From the NCBI GenBank assembly GCA_044341105.1, contig JBIISI010000003.1:1-50918 (forward strand): 50,918 bases of DNA. The letters are read 5' to 3'. Positions within the stretch are counted from its first letter, which is position 1, and every line of letters begins with the position of its first letter. The position numbers were made by a program, and so were the translations under genes. This document shows, piece by piece, positions 37,762 through 48,865 of this stretch. The notes under the pieces are model-generated. The model was not told the origin of the DNA. It saw only the letters and a list, made by a program, of their open reading frames with translations, and ran no database searches. The stretch comes from Rickettsiales bacterium. GTDB taxonomy: Bacteria; Pseudomonadota; Alphaproteobacteria; Rickettsiales; UBA3002.

Positions 37762-38193
37762 TTAGCGTTTGCTGAACTGGAAGCTACGGCGGGCTTTCGC
37801 CTTACCGTATTTCTTACGTTCAACCACGCGCGGATCGCGGGTGAGGAAGCCAGCTTTGCGCAGTTGCGGGCGCAGGCTGGGATCGTAATTGTCGAGCGCG
37901 CGGGCAATGCCGTGGCGCACCGCGCCAGCCTGACCCGACAGGCCACCACCGGCCACGGTGATGAACAGGTCGAACTTGCCTTCTTCCTTCAGCAGGGCGA
38001 AGGGCTGGTTGATGATCATGCGCAGCACCGGACGGGCGAAATAGGTATCGATTTTCTTGCCGTTTACGGTGACCTGGCCCTTGCCACGCTTCACCCAGAC
38101 GCGGGCGGTGGCGTTCTTGCGGCGGCCGGTGCCATAGGCGCGGCCTTGCGCATCGAGTTTCGGGGCTTTTACTTCTTCACTTGCCGTTGCCAT
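37762..38193 (-). CDS. rpsI: 30S ribosomal protein S9
   Basis: [33 protein letters not shown]. Confidence 0.99.
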   Translation of the reverse strand: MATASEEVKAPKLDAQGRAYGTGRRKNATARVWVKRGKGQVTVNGKKIDTYFARPVLRMIINQPFALLKEEGKFDLFITVAGGGLSGQAGAVRHGIARALDNYDPSLRPQLRKAGFLTRDPRVVERKKYGKAKARRSFQFSKR

Positions 38194-38205
38194 GATTACG
38201 TGTCC

Positions 38206-38667
38206 TTAGCGGGCGTTTTTATCGTTGAACTGGGCGAAATCGACCGATTTCGGCTGCTGGGCGCTGTGCGGGTGCTCGCCACCGGCATACACATGCAGGT
38301 GCTTGAGCTGACGGCGGGCCAGCGGGCTGTCTTTCGGCATCATGCGCTCGACGGCTTTTTCGAACACGCGCTCGGGGTGCTCACCGCTCAGGATGAACTC
38401 GGCGCTGCGCTCTTTAATGCCGCCCGGGTAGCCGGTGTGGTAGTAATACACCTTCTTACCGCGCTTACGGCCGGTGAGCTTCACCTTGCCCGCATTCACG
38501 ATCACGACATTGTCGCCCGTGTCCATGTGGGGGGTGAACATGGCCTTGTGTTTGCCACGCAGCACTTTTGCTACGTACGACGCAAGGCGGCCCAGCACGA
38601 TGCCGTCTGCATCGATTACAAGCCATTCTTTTTTAATGTCTTTCGGCGTTGCCGAGAACGTTTTCAT
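38206..38667 (-). CDS. rplM: 50S ribosomal protein L13
   Basis: [30 protein letters not shown]. Confidence 0.99.
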   Translation of the reverse strand: MKTFSATPKDIKKEWLVIDADGIVLGRLASYVAKVLRGKHKAMFTPHMDTGDNVVIVNAGKVKLTGRKRGKKVYYYHTGYPGGIKERSAEFILSGEHPERVFEKAVERMMPKDSPLARRQLKHLHVYAGGEHPHSAQQPKSVDFAQFNDKNAR

Positions 38668-38708
38668 AACACGCTCTTTTTGTTGGTTTTGTTACAATTA
38701 GGGTGCGC

Positions 38709-38737
38709 GTTGTAGTGAAGCGCGCGCCCCCTGTCAA
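38709..38737 (-). promoter_or_regulatory. Sigma70 promoter of rplM-rpsI
   Basis: TTGACA-N17-TACAAC. Confidence 0.7.
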
Positions 38738-38775
38738 CCGCTATTGTACAGCTTTTTCGAGCTGCAGACGGCCTT

Positions 38776-39543
38776 TTAGCCGTAACGTCCCGTAATATAG
38801 TCTTTTGTCTGTTGCAATTGCGGGGCATTAAATAATGCATCGGTCTGCCCCTCCTCCATCAGGTGGCCGAGATGGAAGAAGGCGGTGCGGTCGCTCACGC
38901 GGCGCGCCTGCGCCATCGAGTGGGTGACGATGACGATGGTGTAGTCTTTCTTCAGCGTGTGGATCAGCTCCTCGACTTTGCCGGTGGCGATGGGGTCGAG
39001 CGCGCTGCACGGCTCGTCCATGAGGATCACTTCGGGCGACACGGCAATGGCGCGGGCGATGCAGAGGCGCTGCTGCTGCCCGCCCGACAAGCCGGTGCCC
39101 GGCGCGCCGAGGCGGTCTTTCACCTCGTCCCACAGCGCGGCGTGGCGGAGCGATTGCTCGACCACCGCGTCGAGCTCGGCCTTGCTGTCGCACAACCCGT
39201 GGATGCGCGGGCCGTAAGCCACGTTGTCGTAGATGGATTTGGGGAACGGGTTGGGTTTCTGGAACACCATGCCCACGCGCGCGCGCAGCAGCACCACGTC
39301 GAGCTTCTTATCATAGATATCCTGCCCGTCGAGCTGGATGGAACCGGTAACCTTCGCGCCGGGCACGAGGTCGTTCATGCGGTTCAGGCAGCGCAGGAAG
39401 GTGGATTTGCCGCAGCCCGACGGGCCGATGAAGGCAGTGACCGCTTTCGGCGCGACATTGAGCGACACGCCCTGCAGCGCGTGTTTTTCGCCGTAATGGA
39501 CATGGACGTTGTCGGCGATGATTTTGGGGGATTCGGTCGTCAT
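38776..39543 (-). CDS. pstB: Phosphate ABC transporter ATPase
   Basis: [42 protein letters not shown]; start 39543. Confidence 0.98.
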   Translation of the reverse strand: MTTESPKIIADNVHVHYGEKHALQGVSLNVAPKAVTAFIGPSGCGKSTFLRCLNRMNDLVPGAKVTGSIQLDGQDIYDKKLDVVLLRARVGMVFQKPNPFPKSIYDNVAYGPRIHGLCDSKAELDAVVEQSLRHAALWDEVKDRLGAPGTGLSGGQQQRLCIARAIAVSPEVILMDEPCSALDPIATGKVEELIHTLKKDYTIVIVTHSMAQARRVSDRTAFFHLGHLMEEGQTDALFNAPQLQQTKDYITGRYG

Positions 39544-39544
39544 A

Positions 39545-40831
39545 TCACCAGCTTTGTTGGGTGCGTTTGCGCACGATAATGGCAGTCGCGTTGAGGAGCA
39601 AGAGAATGGCGAGCAGCACCAGAATGCCCGCCGAGGTTTTCTCGGCGAAGCCCACTTCCGGGCTGCTGGCCCACAGGTAAATCTGCACCGGCATGGCGGT
39701 GGCGGGGTCGGTGAGGCCGCGCGGCACATCGGCCACGAAGGCGACCATGCCGATGAGCAGCAGCGGCGCGGTTTCGCCAATGGCGCGGGCGATGGAAAGG
39801 ATCGTGCCGGTCATGATGCCGGGCAGCGCATAGGGCAGCACATGGTGGCGCACCGCCTGAATGGGCGAAGCCCCAAGCCCAAGCGCCGCAAGCCGCAGCG
39901 AGGGCGGCACGGCGCGAATGGCGGCGCGCGCGGCGATAATCATGACGGGCAGGATAAGCAGCGCGAGCGTGAGCGCGCCGACGATGGGGGCCGAGCGCGG
40001 CATGCCGAACCATTGCAGGTACACCGATAGACCAAGCAGCCCGTAAATAATGGAGGGCACGGCGGCGAGGTTGTTGATGACCACTTCGAGCAATTCGGTG
40101 GCGCGGTTTTTGGGCGCGAATTCTTCGAGGTAGATCGCCGCCATGATCGACACCGGCAACGCCACGCCGATGCACACCGCCAGCATGAGCAGCGAGCCGA
40201 CCATGCTGCCAAGGAACCCGGCGGCTTCCGGTGCGCGGCTATCGCCCCGGGTGAAGAATTCGTGGTTGAAGGCGCGGCGCAGGCGGCCCTGCTCGCCCCA
40301 CGCATCGAGCAGCGCGAGCTGCGCGTCGCTGATGGGACGCAGGCTTTCTTCCGCCTGCCGATCGATGCGGCCTTTCAGCAGCGCATCGGCAGTGTCGGAA
40401 AGCGGCACCCACACGGTGAACGGCACACGCGCCAGCACCGTGTTCGGATCGGTCTTTACGCGGGCGGCAAGCGCCTGTTCCTGCGCAAGACGGGCGCGGC
40501 GCACATCGTCGGCGGCGAAGAACCCGACGAGTTGGTAAAGCGCGCGGCGGTCGGCGGTGGTTTTGGGCGCGCGGGGCGCAAGCTGCGCCAGCGCGGCGTG
40601 GGTCAGCGCGTAGTCATCGACCTCGCCGCCCCAGCGGGTGGACGGGGCAATGTCGAGCTTCAGCTCGTGGCGGGTGAAGCCGCCAAGGCCCGGCAGCGCA
40701 ATGATCCACAGCAGGTAGCCCAGCATGAGCGCACAAAACAGCAGCGACAGCACGCCCCAGGCGCGAAAACGCATTTCGGCGGCGTGGCGCTGTTCGAGCC
40801 GTTCGGCGATGCGGCGGGTCGCGCTATTCAT
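39545..40831 (-). CDS. pstA: Phosphate ABC transporter permease
   Basis: [30 protein letters not shown]. Confidence 0.96.
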   Translation of the reverse strand: MNSATRRIAERLEQRHAAEMRFRAWGVLSLLFCALMLGYLLWIIALPGLGGFTRHELKLDIAPSTRWGGEVDDYALTHAALAQLAPRAPKTTADRRALYQLVGFFAADDVRRARLAQEQALAARVKTDPNTVLARVPFTVWVPLSDTADALLKGRIDRQAEESLRPISDAQLALLDAWGEQGRLRRAFNHEFFTRGDSRAPEAAGFLGSMVGSLLMLAVCIGVALPVSIMAAIYLEEFAPKNRATELLEVVINNLAAVPSIIYGLLGLSVYLQWFGMPRSAPIVGALTLALLILPVMIIAARAAIRAVPPSLRLAALGLGASPIQAVRHHVLPYALPGIMTGTILSIARAIGETAPLLLIGMVAFVADVPRGLTDPATAMPVQIYLWASSPEVGFAEKTSAGILVLLAILLLLNATAIIVRKRTQQSW

Positions 40832-41762
40832 ATTGCTCCCGGAATTTGTTGACGATCCATTGCGCGGCGAGGTTCAGCAGCAGCGTGAACATGAACAGCG
40901 TGAGGCCGAGCGCAAAGGCGGCGAGCGTTTTCGGGCTGTCGAATTCCTGATCGCCGACCAGCAGCGTGACCATCTGCACCGTCATGGTGGTGACGGCCTC
41001 GAGCGGATTGGCGGTGAGGTTGGCCGACAGGCCCGCCGCCATCACCACGATCATGGTTTCGCCGATGGCGCGGCTTACCGCCAGCAGCACCGCGCCCATA
41101 ATGCCCGGCAGCGCGGCGGGCAGAATCACCCGCCGGATGGTTTCCGATTCGGTCGCCCCCATGCCGAGCGAGGCATCGCGCAGGCCCTTCGGCACCGCGG
41201 CCATCATGTCGTCGCTGAGCGAGGAGATGAACGGGATGATCATGATGCCCATCACCAGCCCGGTGGCGAGCGCACTTTCCGACGACACGGAAAGCCCGAC
41301 CGCACGACCCAGCAATTGCATGAACGGTGCCACGGCCTGAATCGCGAAATAGCCGTAGACCACGGTGGGAATGCCCGCCAGCAGCTCGAGCACTGGCTTG
41401 GCGAGGGCGCGCAGGCGGCGGCTGGCATATTGGCTGAGGTAAATGGCGCTCATGAGGCCCACGGGCACCGCCAACAGCAGGGCGATGGCGGTGATCATGA
41501 GCGTGCCCGACAGCAGCGGCAGCACACCGAAACTGCCGCTCGCGCCGGCCTGATCGGCGCGCAGGGCGGTTTGCGGGCTCCAATGCGTGCCCAGCAGGAA
41601 ATCCAGCACCGGCACGCGCGCGAAAAAATGCATCGCCTCGGTGAAGACCGAGGCCACGATGCCGATGGTCACCAGCACCGCCAGCGCCGCACAGGCCAGC
41701 ATGGCCGCGTAAATGAGCGGCTCGAAACGGCGGGCGTGAGTCATGGTGCGGGTGGTGCGCAT
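40824..41762 (-). CDS. pstC: Phosphate ABC transporter permease
   Basis: KPVLELLAGIPTVVYG, SRAIGETMIV, KFREQYE. Confidence 0.96.
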   Translation of the reverse strand: MRTTRTMTHARRFEPLIYAAMLACAALAVLVTIGIVASVFTEAMHFFARVPVLDFLLGTHWSPQTALRADQAGASGSFGVLPLLSGTLMITAIALLLAVPVGLMSAIYLSQYASRRLRALAKPVLELLAGIPTVVYGYFAIQAVAPFMQLLGRAVGLSVSSESALATGLVMGIMIIPFISSLSDDMMAAVPKGLRDASLGMGATESETIRRVILPAALPGIMGAVLLAVSRAIGETMIVVMAAGLSANLTANPLEAVTTMTVQMVTLLVGDQEFDSPKTLAAFALGLTLFMFTLLLNLAAQWIVNKFREQYE

Positions 41763-41839
41763 GCGCCTGCGTCATAGCTGCTGCGGTGGCAAAGGTCAAA
41801 GCATCGCTCACGCATGCGCTTGGCGCATAGCTCGGCGGC

Positions 41840-42316
41840 TCAGTTATGCTGCCAGATAAAGAAGTTGAGGTAGCAGGCGAAACTGACCCACGCCAGCAAC
41901 GGCAGCATCAGCGCGCCTGCCAGCCGGTCGGCCCGCCAGAACAGCCGCACGCTGACCAGCACCGCGCCCCAACCGGTAGCGAGCAGCGCCATGCCAAAAC
42001 CGATGTTGTGCTGGCCGAAAAACACCATCGTCCAAAGCAGGCCGAGCAGCAGCTGGATGCTCCACCAGCGCAGCGGGCGGCGCGCCGCCCGGCCCTGCAC
42101 CCCCACCAGCCGCGCGGCGGCCACGGCCATGAGGAAATACAGCAGCGTCCACATCACGCCGAACACATAGCCCGGCGGGTTGAGCGGCGAGCGATGCAGG
42201 GTGCGATACCATTCGCCCACCGCCTGCGCAGTGAAATAGCCGCCCATGGCCTGCACGGCGAAACACACGGCATAGGCGAGGAAAAACGCGCGCAGGTAGG
42301 TGCAGGTGCGTGCCAT
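41840..42316 (-). CDS. tspO: TspO/MBR family membrane protein
   Basis: WYRTL..PLNPPGYVFGVMWTLLY, WTMVFFG, LPLLAWVSFACYLN. Confidence 0.92.
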   Translation of the reverse strand: MARTCTYLRAFFLAYAVCFAVQAMGGYFTAQAVGEWYRTLHRSPLNPPGYVFGVMWTLLYFLMAVAAARLVGVQGRAARRPLRWWSIQLLLGLLWTMVFFGQHNIGFGMALLATGWGAVLVSVRLFWRADRLAGALMLPLLAWVSFACYLNFFIWQHN

Positions 42317-43713
42317 TACGATTCGTAGATCGGCAGGTAAACGGTGAACACGCTGCCCTCGCCCACCACGGAATCAATCGTGATCGCGCCGCGATGGCGG
42401 GTGACGATGCCTTTCACGATGGCAAGGCCGAGGCCGGTGCCACCGACCTGCCGCGTGCGCGCCGAATCGACGCGGTAGAAACGCTCCATCAGCCGCGGCA
42501 GATGCTGCTTGGGAATGCCGTCGCCCTGATCGCGCACGCTGAAGGCAACCACGCGGGTGAGGTTGCGCATGTTGAGATCCTGCGGCAGCTCGGTGGTGGT
42601 TTTCAGCGTCACCGTCACGTCGGAATCGGCGTAGCCGTATTTGATGGCGTTGCTCATGAGGTTGTGGGCGACCTGCGCCAGCTCGTTGCCCTCGCCCTTC
42701 ACCATCGGCAAATTGTCGTGGATGTTGAGCGTGACGCGCATGTTCTTGGCGCCCGCCGCGCGCTTCACGTTTTCGGCTTCGCGCCGCACCAGGTTGGCCA
42801 TGTCGAGCGGCTCGGTCGGCACGGAATGCGCGTTCATCTCGATCTTGCTGAGCGACAGCAGGTCACCGATCAGCTGCTGCATGCGGTCGGCCTGCTCGAG
42901 CATGATTTTCAGGAACTCGATGCGCGCGGGCTCGTCGTCGCGCGCGGGGCCGAGCAGGGTTTCGACGAAGCCCTTGATCGAGGCAAGCGGCGTGCGCAGC
43001 TCGTGGCTCGCATTGGCCACGAAGTCGGCGCGCATCTGCTCGACCGATTTCAGCTCGGTGATGTCGTTCATGGTGATAACGGTGCTGATGCCGCCCGCCG
43101 TGGGCACCGGAAAGCGCTCGATGATGGCGAGGAAATCGCGGATCACCGGCTCTTCGATGCGGAATTCGATCTCGCGGCCCTTCAAATCCTGAATCACGCT
43201 GGAGAGCGCATCGAGCAGATACGGGCTCTGGATCACGTCTTTCAGGTATTTGCCCGCCAGGTTCTGGCCAAAAATGGCGCGGGCGGCGCGGTTGGTGCGC
43301 ACCACTTTCTTCTCGTCATTCACCATGATGAGAATGTCCGGCAGCGTATCGACGAGGATTTCGCGCTCGGTGATGATGGTTTCCATCTGCTTCTTTTTCA
43401 CGTCCCAGCTGGCCTGCAGCTTCTTCAGCGCTTCGGAAAGCTCGGCGGCGGAACCGATAAAGCGCAGATCGGGCGCGGTCACGCGTTTGTCCTGCGCCAG
43501 CTCGCCCACATAATAAGTGAGCTGCGACACGTTCGACAAAAACGGGTAGCACAGCATGCCCGCGGCGAGGAAAATGAAGACATAGGCGTAGATGCCCTCG
43601 GGCACCGAGAGGGTGCCGAGAAATACATACAGGCCGAGCATGAGGAGCGCGGGGCTGGTGACGACCAGCACGGTCTTCACAAGGGTATTGAGCGGCACAA
43701 GGTTCTTACGCAT
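42316..43713 (-). CDS. phoR: Phosphate regulon sensor kinase
   Basis: PAS domain, DFVANASHELRTPL, NAIKY, RLMERFYRVD, GTGLGLAIV; upstream of pstCAB. Confidence 0.92.
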   Translation of the reverse strand: MRKNLVPLNTLVKTVLVVTSPALLMLGLYVFLGTLSVPEGIYAYVFIFLAAGMLCYPFLSNVSQLTYYVGELAQDKRVTAPDLRFIGSAAELSEALKKLQASWDVKKKQMETIITEREILVDTLPDILIMVNDEKKVVRTNRAARAIFGQNLAGKYLKDVIQSPYLLDALSSVIQDLKGREIEFRIEEPVIRDFLAIIERFPVPTAGGISTVITMNDITELKSVEQMRADFVANASHELRTPLASIKGFVETLLGPARDDEPARIEFLKIMLEQADRMQQLIGDLLSLSKIEMNAHSVPTEPLDMANLVRREAENVKRAAGAKNMRVTLNIHDNLPMVKGEGNELAQVAHNLMSNAIKYGYADSDVTVTLKTTTELPQDLNMRNLTRVVAFSVRDQGDGIPKQHLPRLMERFYRVDSARTRQVGGTGLGLAIVKGIVTRHRGAITIDSVVGEGSVFTVYLPIYES

Positions 43714-43768
43714 AGGCCACCGGTAGTAACGCGCCCCGGGCGCAGAGTAAATGGCTTTAGTAGATTAG

Positions 43769-44019
43769 AGTGGCGCGCCGCAGGCGCGCGAAGGGGGCGT
43801 CCCGCCGCCCTTACGGCCCTGCGGGCCTATCCCCCTCGTTCGCTTCGCTCCGGCTCGCGCAGCTGCGGCGCTACGCATCGCGTACTGCAACGTGAGGGCT
43901 CTCCAGAGAAATAGGGGTACCCCGCGTAGCGCCGCAGCTGCGCGAGCCGCGTAGCCGAAAGGGTAAGGAGCCGTAGGCGACGAAGGGATAGCAGATCCCT
44001 TCCAGCGCGCAGCGCCACT
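43769..44019. repeat. ~250 bp palindromic (MITE/REP-like) element
   Basis: Perfect 26-bp IR 43851-43876 / 43924-43949; outer IR agtggcgc/gcgccact; intermediate paired arms. Confidence 0.75.
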
Positions 44020-44076
44020 AAAAACCCCAAACCAAACAACCCCTTATACCAAATCCGGCGGCCCGGTTTTTCCTGG

Positions 44077-44104
44077 TTGACAGCGCGCGTCGCGGCTGTA
44101 TATT
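44077..44104 (+). promoter_or_regulatory. Sigma70 promoter of rplU-rpmA
   Basis: TTGACA-N16-TATATT. Confidence 0.6.
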
Positions 44105-44133
44105 CCCGCCTCCCTTTAGAAGGACATAAGAAT

Positions 44134-44619
44134 ATGTACGCAGTTATTATCAGCGGTGGCAAGCAATACCGCGTCACGGCCGGCGACACCATCACGGTGA
44201 ACAAGTTGGAAGGCGCCGCAGGCGACGCCGTGAAAATCGAGCAAATCCTTTCGCTCTCGGGCGACAAGACCGTGATCGGCAGCCCGACTGTTGCGGGCGC
44301 CCTGGTCGAAGCCCAGATCATTGCGCAAACGCGCAACGACACGGTGATCGTGTTCAAGAAAAAGCGCCGCCAGCACTATAAGCGCAAAAACGGCCACCGC
44401 CAACCGATGACCAAACTGTTCATCACCAGCGTGGGCCTGAACGGCGAAGTGGCTGCCAAAGCCGAGCCGCGCAAAGTGAGCGAGAAAAAAGCCGCCGCCC
44501 CGGCCGCGAAAAAAGCCCCGGCGAAAAAAGAAGCCGCCCCGAAAAAGGCCGCTGCCGCCAAACCGGCTGCTGCCAAAAAACCCGCTGCCAAAAAACCGGC
44601 TGCGAAAAAAGAAGCGTAA
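44134..44619 (+). CDS. rplU: 50S ribosomal protein L21 with Lys/Ala-rich tail
   Basis: MYAVIISGGKQYRV, FKKKRRQHYKRKNGHRQ. Confidence 0.98.
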   Translation: MYAVIISGGKQYRVTAGDTITVNKLEGAAGDAVKIEQILSLSGDKTVIGSPTVAGALVEAQIIAQTRNDTVIVFKKKRRQHYKRKNGHRQPMTKLFITSVGLNGEVAAKAEPRKVSEKKAAAPAAKKAPAKKEAAPKKAAAAKPAAAKKPAAKKPAAKKEA

Positions 44620-44629
44620 GGAGTAACTC

Positions 44630-44884
44630 ATGGCTCACAAGAAAGCAGGCGGTTCATCCCGCAACGGTCGCGATTCCGAGTCGAAACGTCTCGGCGTGAA
44701 AAAATTCGGCGGTGAAGCGGTGATCGCTGGCAACATCATCATCCGCCAGCGCGGCACGCAATACCACCCCGGCAAAGGCGTGGGCCTTGGCCGCGACTAC
44801 ACCATCTTCGCCGTGATCGACGGCAAGGTGGAGTTCAGCAAAAAAGCTGGCAACAAAAACGTGGTCAACGTGGTTGCCGCCTAA
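44630..44884 (+). CDS. rpmA: 50S ribosomal protein L27
   Basis: [23 protein letters not shown]. Confidence 0.99.
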   Translation: MAHKKAGGSSRNGRDSESKRLGVKKFGGEAVIAGNIIIRQRGTQYHPGKGVGLGRDYTIFAVIDGKVEFSKKAGNKNVVNVVAA

Positions 44885-44904
44885 GCGCTGGCACAGCAAA
44901 AATG

Positions 44905-44933
44905 AAAAGGGCCGCCCAGCGGCCCTTTTTTTT
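44905..44933 (+). terminator. Rho-independent terminator after rpmA
   Basis: aaaagggccgc-cca-gcggccctttttttt. Confidence 0.85.
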
Positions 44934-44960
44934 ATCCGCCAAATGGGCTAGAGACAGGTT

Positions 44961-46046
44961 ATGAAATTCATCGACGAAGCAAAAATCTATGTGAAGTCCG
45001 GCAATGGCGGCTCGGGCTGCGTGTCGTTCCGGCGTGAGAAATTCATTCCCGAAGGCGGGCCGGACGGCGGCGATGGCGGGCGCGGCGGCAGCATCATCAT
45101 GCGCGCCATCGGCGGGCTGAACACGCTGGTCGATTACCGCTTCCAGCAACATTTCAAAGCCAAAAACGGCGGCCACGGCATGGGTAGCCAGCGCTACGGC
45201 AAAGCCGCCCCCAACGTCTATCTCGACGTGCCGCTCGGCACCCAGATCTACGACGAAGACCGCGAAACCCTGCTGGCGGATTTCACCGAAATCGGCCAGG
45301 AAATCACCCTCGCCAAGGGCGGGCGCGGCGGGCTTGGCAACATCCATTTCAAAAGCTCCACCAACCAGGCGCCGCGCCAGAGCGTGCCCGCCGAACCGGG
45401 CGAGGAACGCACGCTGTGGCTGAAGCTGAAACTGCTGTCGGATGCCGGGCTGCTCGGCCTGCCCAACGCCGGGAAATCGACCTTCCTCGCCGCCGTCACC
45501 CGCGCCACGCCGAAAATCGCCGATTATCCCTTCACCACCCTGAGCCCCCAGCTAGGCGTGGTGCGCCACGGCGACCATGAATTCGTGCTGGCCGACATTC
45601 CCGGCCTGATCGAGGGCGCGGCGGAAGGCCGCGGCCTCGGCCTGCGCTTCCTCGGCCATGTCGAGCGCTGCGGCGTGTTGCTGCATCTCGTCGATGCCAC
45701 CGCAGAGGATGTGGTCGCGGATTTCGCCACCGTGCGCACCGAACTGGAAGCATATGACGACGCGCTGGCGGCCAAACCCGCCATGCTGGCCATGAACAAA
45801 TGCGACCAGCTGAGCGCCGAGGAAATCGCCGAGAAGAAAAAAGCGCTGCAGAAAGCGGCGAAAAAAGCGGGCTATGAAGCCACGGTCTACACCATCTCCG
45901 CCGCCGCGCGCGAGGGGCTGGACGACGTGCTGGTCGCCATGGCGCAGACCATTCAGGAATATCGCCGCCTGCAGGAGGAAGAACGCCTGCGCAATGCGCC
46001 CCTGCCCATCCCCCCCCACGAAGACGACGACGCGCATCATGGCTAA
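44961..46046 (+). CDS. obgE: GTPase Obg
   Basis: [42 protein letters not shown]. Confidence 0.99.
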   Translation: MKFIDEAKIYVKSGNGGSGCVSFRREKFIPEGGPDGGDGGRGGSIIMRAIGGLNTLVDYRFQQHFKAKNGGHGMGSQRYGKAAPNVYLDVPLGTQIYDEDRETLLADFTEIGQEITLAKGGRGGLGNIHFKSSTNQAPRQSVPAEPGEERTLWLKLKLLSDAGLLGLPNAGKSTFLAAVTRATPKIADYPFTTLSPQLGVVRHGDHEFVLADIPGLIEGAAEGRGLGLRFLGHVERCGVLLHLVDATAEDVVADFATVRTELEAYDDALAAKPAMLAMNKCDQLSAEEIAEKKKALQKAAKKAGYEATVYTISAAAREGLDDVLVAMAQTIQEYRRLQEEERLRNAPLPIPPHEDDDAHHG

Positions 46047-47145
46047 GCCCCGTCCCACCCTGCCCGGGGCGAAACGCATCGTCCTCAAGATCGGCTCCAG
46101 CCTGATCGCGCAGGGAGCGGAATGGATGGCGGCGCTGGCCGATGATATCGCCGCGCTGCACGCGCAGGGCAAGGAAGTGATCGTGGTGTCCTCGGGTGCG
46201 GTGGCGCTGGGGCGCATGCAGGTGGGCTATGGCAGCAAAAAACTTTCCGTGCCCGAAAAACAGGCCGCCGCCGCCACCGGCCAGCCGCTGCTGATGCGCG
46301 CCTGGCGCGAAGCGCTGGAACGCCACGGCATTGCGGTGGCGCAAGTGCTGCTCACCATCGACGATTCGGAAGACCGCAAACGCTACCTGAACGCGCACGC
46401 TACGTTCAGCGAATTGCTGTCGCACCGGCTCATTCCCATCGTGAACGAGAACGACACGGTGGCGACCACCGAGCTGAAATTCGGCGATAACGACCGCCTC
46501 GCCGCGCGCGTCGCAAGCATGCTGAGCGCCGATGTGCTGGTGCTGTTTTCCGACATTGACGGGCTTTACACCGCCGACCCGCGCAAACACCCCGACGCGA
46601 CTTTTATCGAACGCGTGGATGCGCTGAGCCCGGAGATTCTGGCGATGGGCGGGGCCGCGCCCTCGCACCAGTCGAATGGCGGCATGAAAACCAAGCTCGA
46701 CGCGGCGCAGATCGCGCTGGCCGCCGGGTGCCACATGGTGATCGCCCGGGGCGACGCGCCGCACGCGCTGCGAACACTGGCCGAGGACGGGCGCGCGACG
46801 TGGTTTGTCGCCAGCACCTCGCCGCAGCTGGCGCGCAAGCGGTGGATTGCGAGCACGGTGGTAAGCCGCGGTGGCGTGGTGATCGACGAAGGTGCCGAGC
46901 GCGCACTGACGCAGGGCAAGAGCCTGCTGCCCGCCGGCGTGAAACAGGTGAGCGGCAGCTTCGAGCGCGGCGACAGCATCGCCGTTACCAACCTCACCGG
47001 CACGCTGATTGCGCGCGGCATCGCCGCCTACAGCGCCGAGGAAGCCCATAAAATCATGGGCAAAAAAACCGCCGATATCGCGGCGATTCTCGGCTATGCC
47101 GGGCGCGATACGCTGATTCACCGCGACGACCTGGTGCTGGTATGA
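46039..47145 (+). CDS. proB: Glutamate 5-kinase
   Basis: KIGSS, SSGAV, NENDTV, FGDNDRL, GGMKTK, PUA domain, HRDDLV. Confidence 0.98.
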   Translation: MAKPRPTLPGAKRIVLKIGSSLIAQGAEWMAALADDIAALHAQGKEVIVVSSGAVALGRMQVGYGSKKLSVPEKQAAAATGQPLLMRAWREALERHGIAVAQVLLTIDDSEDRKRYLNAHATFSELLSHRLIPIVNENDTVATTELKFGDNDRLAARVASMLSADVLVLFSDIDGLYTADPRKHPDATFIERVDALSPEILAMGGAAPSHQSNGGMKTKLDAAQIALAAGCHMVIARGDAPHALRTLAEDGRATWFVASTSPQLARKRWIASTVVSRGGVVIDEGAERALTQGKSLLPAGVKQVSGSFERGDSIAVTNLTGTLIARGIAAYSAEEAHKIMGKKTADIAAILGYAGRDTLIHRDDLVLV

Positions 47146-47600
47146 ATGGCATCCCTGCATTCGCCGGAAAGCTCGAGCGCTTCCTCGCCAACCTGGTCGA
47201 TTCGCTAGCCACCATGCTGCTGCCAGCAGCCGTGCTGGCGGTGCTGCATCTGGGCATGAACAGCCCGCTGGGCCTTATCATCACCTTCGCGGCCAACGCG
47301 GTGTATTTCACCGCCTTCACCGCCGGCCCGTGGCAGGCCACGCCCGGCCAGCGCCTGTTCGGCATGGTGGTGGCGCGGCTGGATGGGCGGCTGTTGGGCC
47401 GCCGCGAGGCGCTGGAGCGATTCCTCGCCTATTACATTCCCTCGCTGCCCATGTACCTGAGCGACATGGACCAGAACCTGCTGGCCAAAATCGCTTTGTG
47501 GTTGGTGATCGTGTGGTTTTCGCCTATTTTGTGGCGGGCCGATCGCCGCGGCGTGCATGATTTGCTGTGCGGTACGATTGTGGTCACGGGGAAACGATGA
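47142..47600 (+). CDS. RDD family protein
   Basis: RFLANLVD, QATPGQR, RRGVHDLLCGT. Confidence 0.88.
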   Translation: MNGIPAFAGKLERFLANLVDSLATMLLPAAVLAVLHLGMNSPLGLIITFAANAVYFTAFTAGPWQATPGQRLFGMVVARLDGRLLGRREALERFLAYYIPSLPMYLSDMDQNLLAKIALWLVIVWFSPILWRADRRGVHDLLCGTIVVTGKR

Positions 47601-48865
47601 GCGAACTTACCACCATGCTGGAACAGCTCGGCGCGCAAGCGCGCGAGGCGTATCGCGCGCTCGCCACCGCCAGTGCCGAACAGAAAACACGCGCGCTGCA
47701 TGCGGCGGCCAGCGCCATTCGCGCCGCCAGCGACGAGATTTTGCGCGCCAACGCACAGGATATGGAAGATGGCGCGCAGCTGAGCGCCGCCGTGCGCGAT
47801 CGCCTGCAGCTCACGCAAGCGCGGGTCGATGCCATGGCCGACGCGGTCGACCAGGTGGCCGCCTTGCCCGACCCGATCGGCGCGGTGCTGGAACAATGGG
47901 AGGTGGCGAGCAACGGCCTGCGTATTGAAAAACGCGCCGTGCCAATGGGCGTGATCGGCATGATTTACGAATCGCGCCCGAACGTGACCGCCGACGCGGC
48001 GGCCATTGCGGTGAAGGCGGGCAACGCAGTGATCCTGCGCGGCGGTTCGGACTCGGCCCGCACCAGCGCGGTGATCGCGCAGGCCATGCGCGCCGGGCTG
48101 GCGCAAGCTGGGCTGCCCGCAAACGCCGTGCAGCCGATGCCCACGCAAGACCGCGACGCGGTGGGCTGGATGCTGGGCGCGCAGGGCGTGATCGACATTA
48201 TCATTCCACGCGGCGGCAAATCGCTGACCGAACGCGTGGCGCGCGATTCGCGCGTGCCCACCCTGCTGCATCTGGAAGGCAACTGCCATATCTACCTGCA
48301 TGCGGCGGCGAGCGCGGCCACGGCGCGCAACGTGGTGCACAACGCCAAGCTGCGCCGCACGGGCATTTGCGGCGCGCTGGAATCGCTGCTGGTCGACGCG
48401 GCGGTGGTGGAAACGATTGGCCGCGACGTGGTGCGCGATTTGCTGGATGGCGGCGTGGAAGTGCGCGGCGACGACGCCATTCAGGCGCTTGATGCGCGCG
48501 TGGTGCCCGCCCGCGATGCCGATTGGGGCACCGAATATCTCGAGAAAATTATCTCGGTGAAAATGGTGCCATCGCTGGATGCCGCGATTGCGCATATCAA
48601 CACCTACGGCTCGCACCACACCGATGCGATCATCACGGAAGATGCGAGCGCCGCCGACCGCTTCACCGCCGCCGTCGATAGCGCGATTGTGATGGTGAAT
48701 GCCAGCACGCAATTCGCCGATGGCGGCGAGTTCGGCTTCGGGGCTGAAATCGGCATCGCCACGGGCCGCCTGCATGCGCGCGGGCCGGTGGGCGCCGCCC
48801 AGCTCGCGACCTATAAATACGTGGTGACGACCACCGCGCCCGAGGGCGCCACCCGTGCCGGGTAA
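47597..48865 (+). CDS. proA: Gamma-glutamyl phosphate reductase
   Basis: YESRPNVT, IIPRGG, NASTQFADGGEFG, LHARGPVG. Confidence 0.98.
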   Translation: MSELTTMLEQLGAQAREAYRALATASAEQKTRALHAAASAIRAASDEILRANAQDMEDGAQLSAAVRDRLQLTQARVDAMADAVDQVAALPDPIGAVLEQWEVASNGLRIEKRAVPMGVIGMIYESRPNVTADAAAIAVKAGNAVILRGGSDSARTSAVIAQAMRAGLAQAGLPANAVQPMPTQDRDAVGWMLGAQGVIDIIIPRGGKSLTERVARDSRVPTLLHLEGNCHIYLHAAASAATARNVVHNAKLRRTGICGALESLLVDAAVVETIGRDVVRDLLDGGVEVRGDDAIQALDARVVPARDADWGTEYLEKIISVKMVPSLDAAIAHINTYGSHHTDAIITEDASAADRFTAAVDSAIVMVNASTQFADGGEFGFGAEIGIATGRLHARGPVGAAQLATYKYVVTTTAPEGATRAG

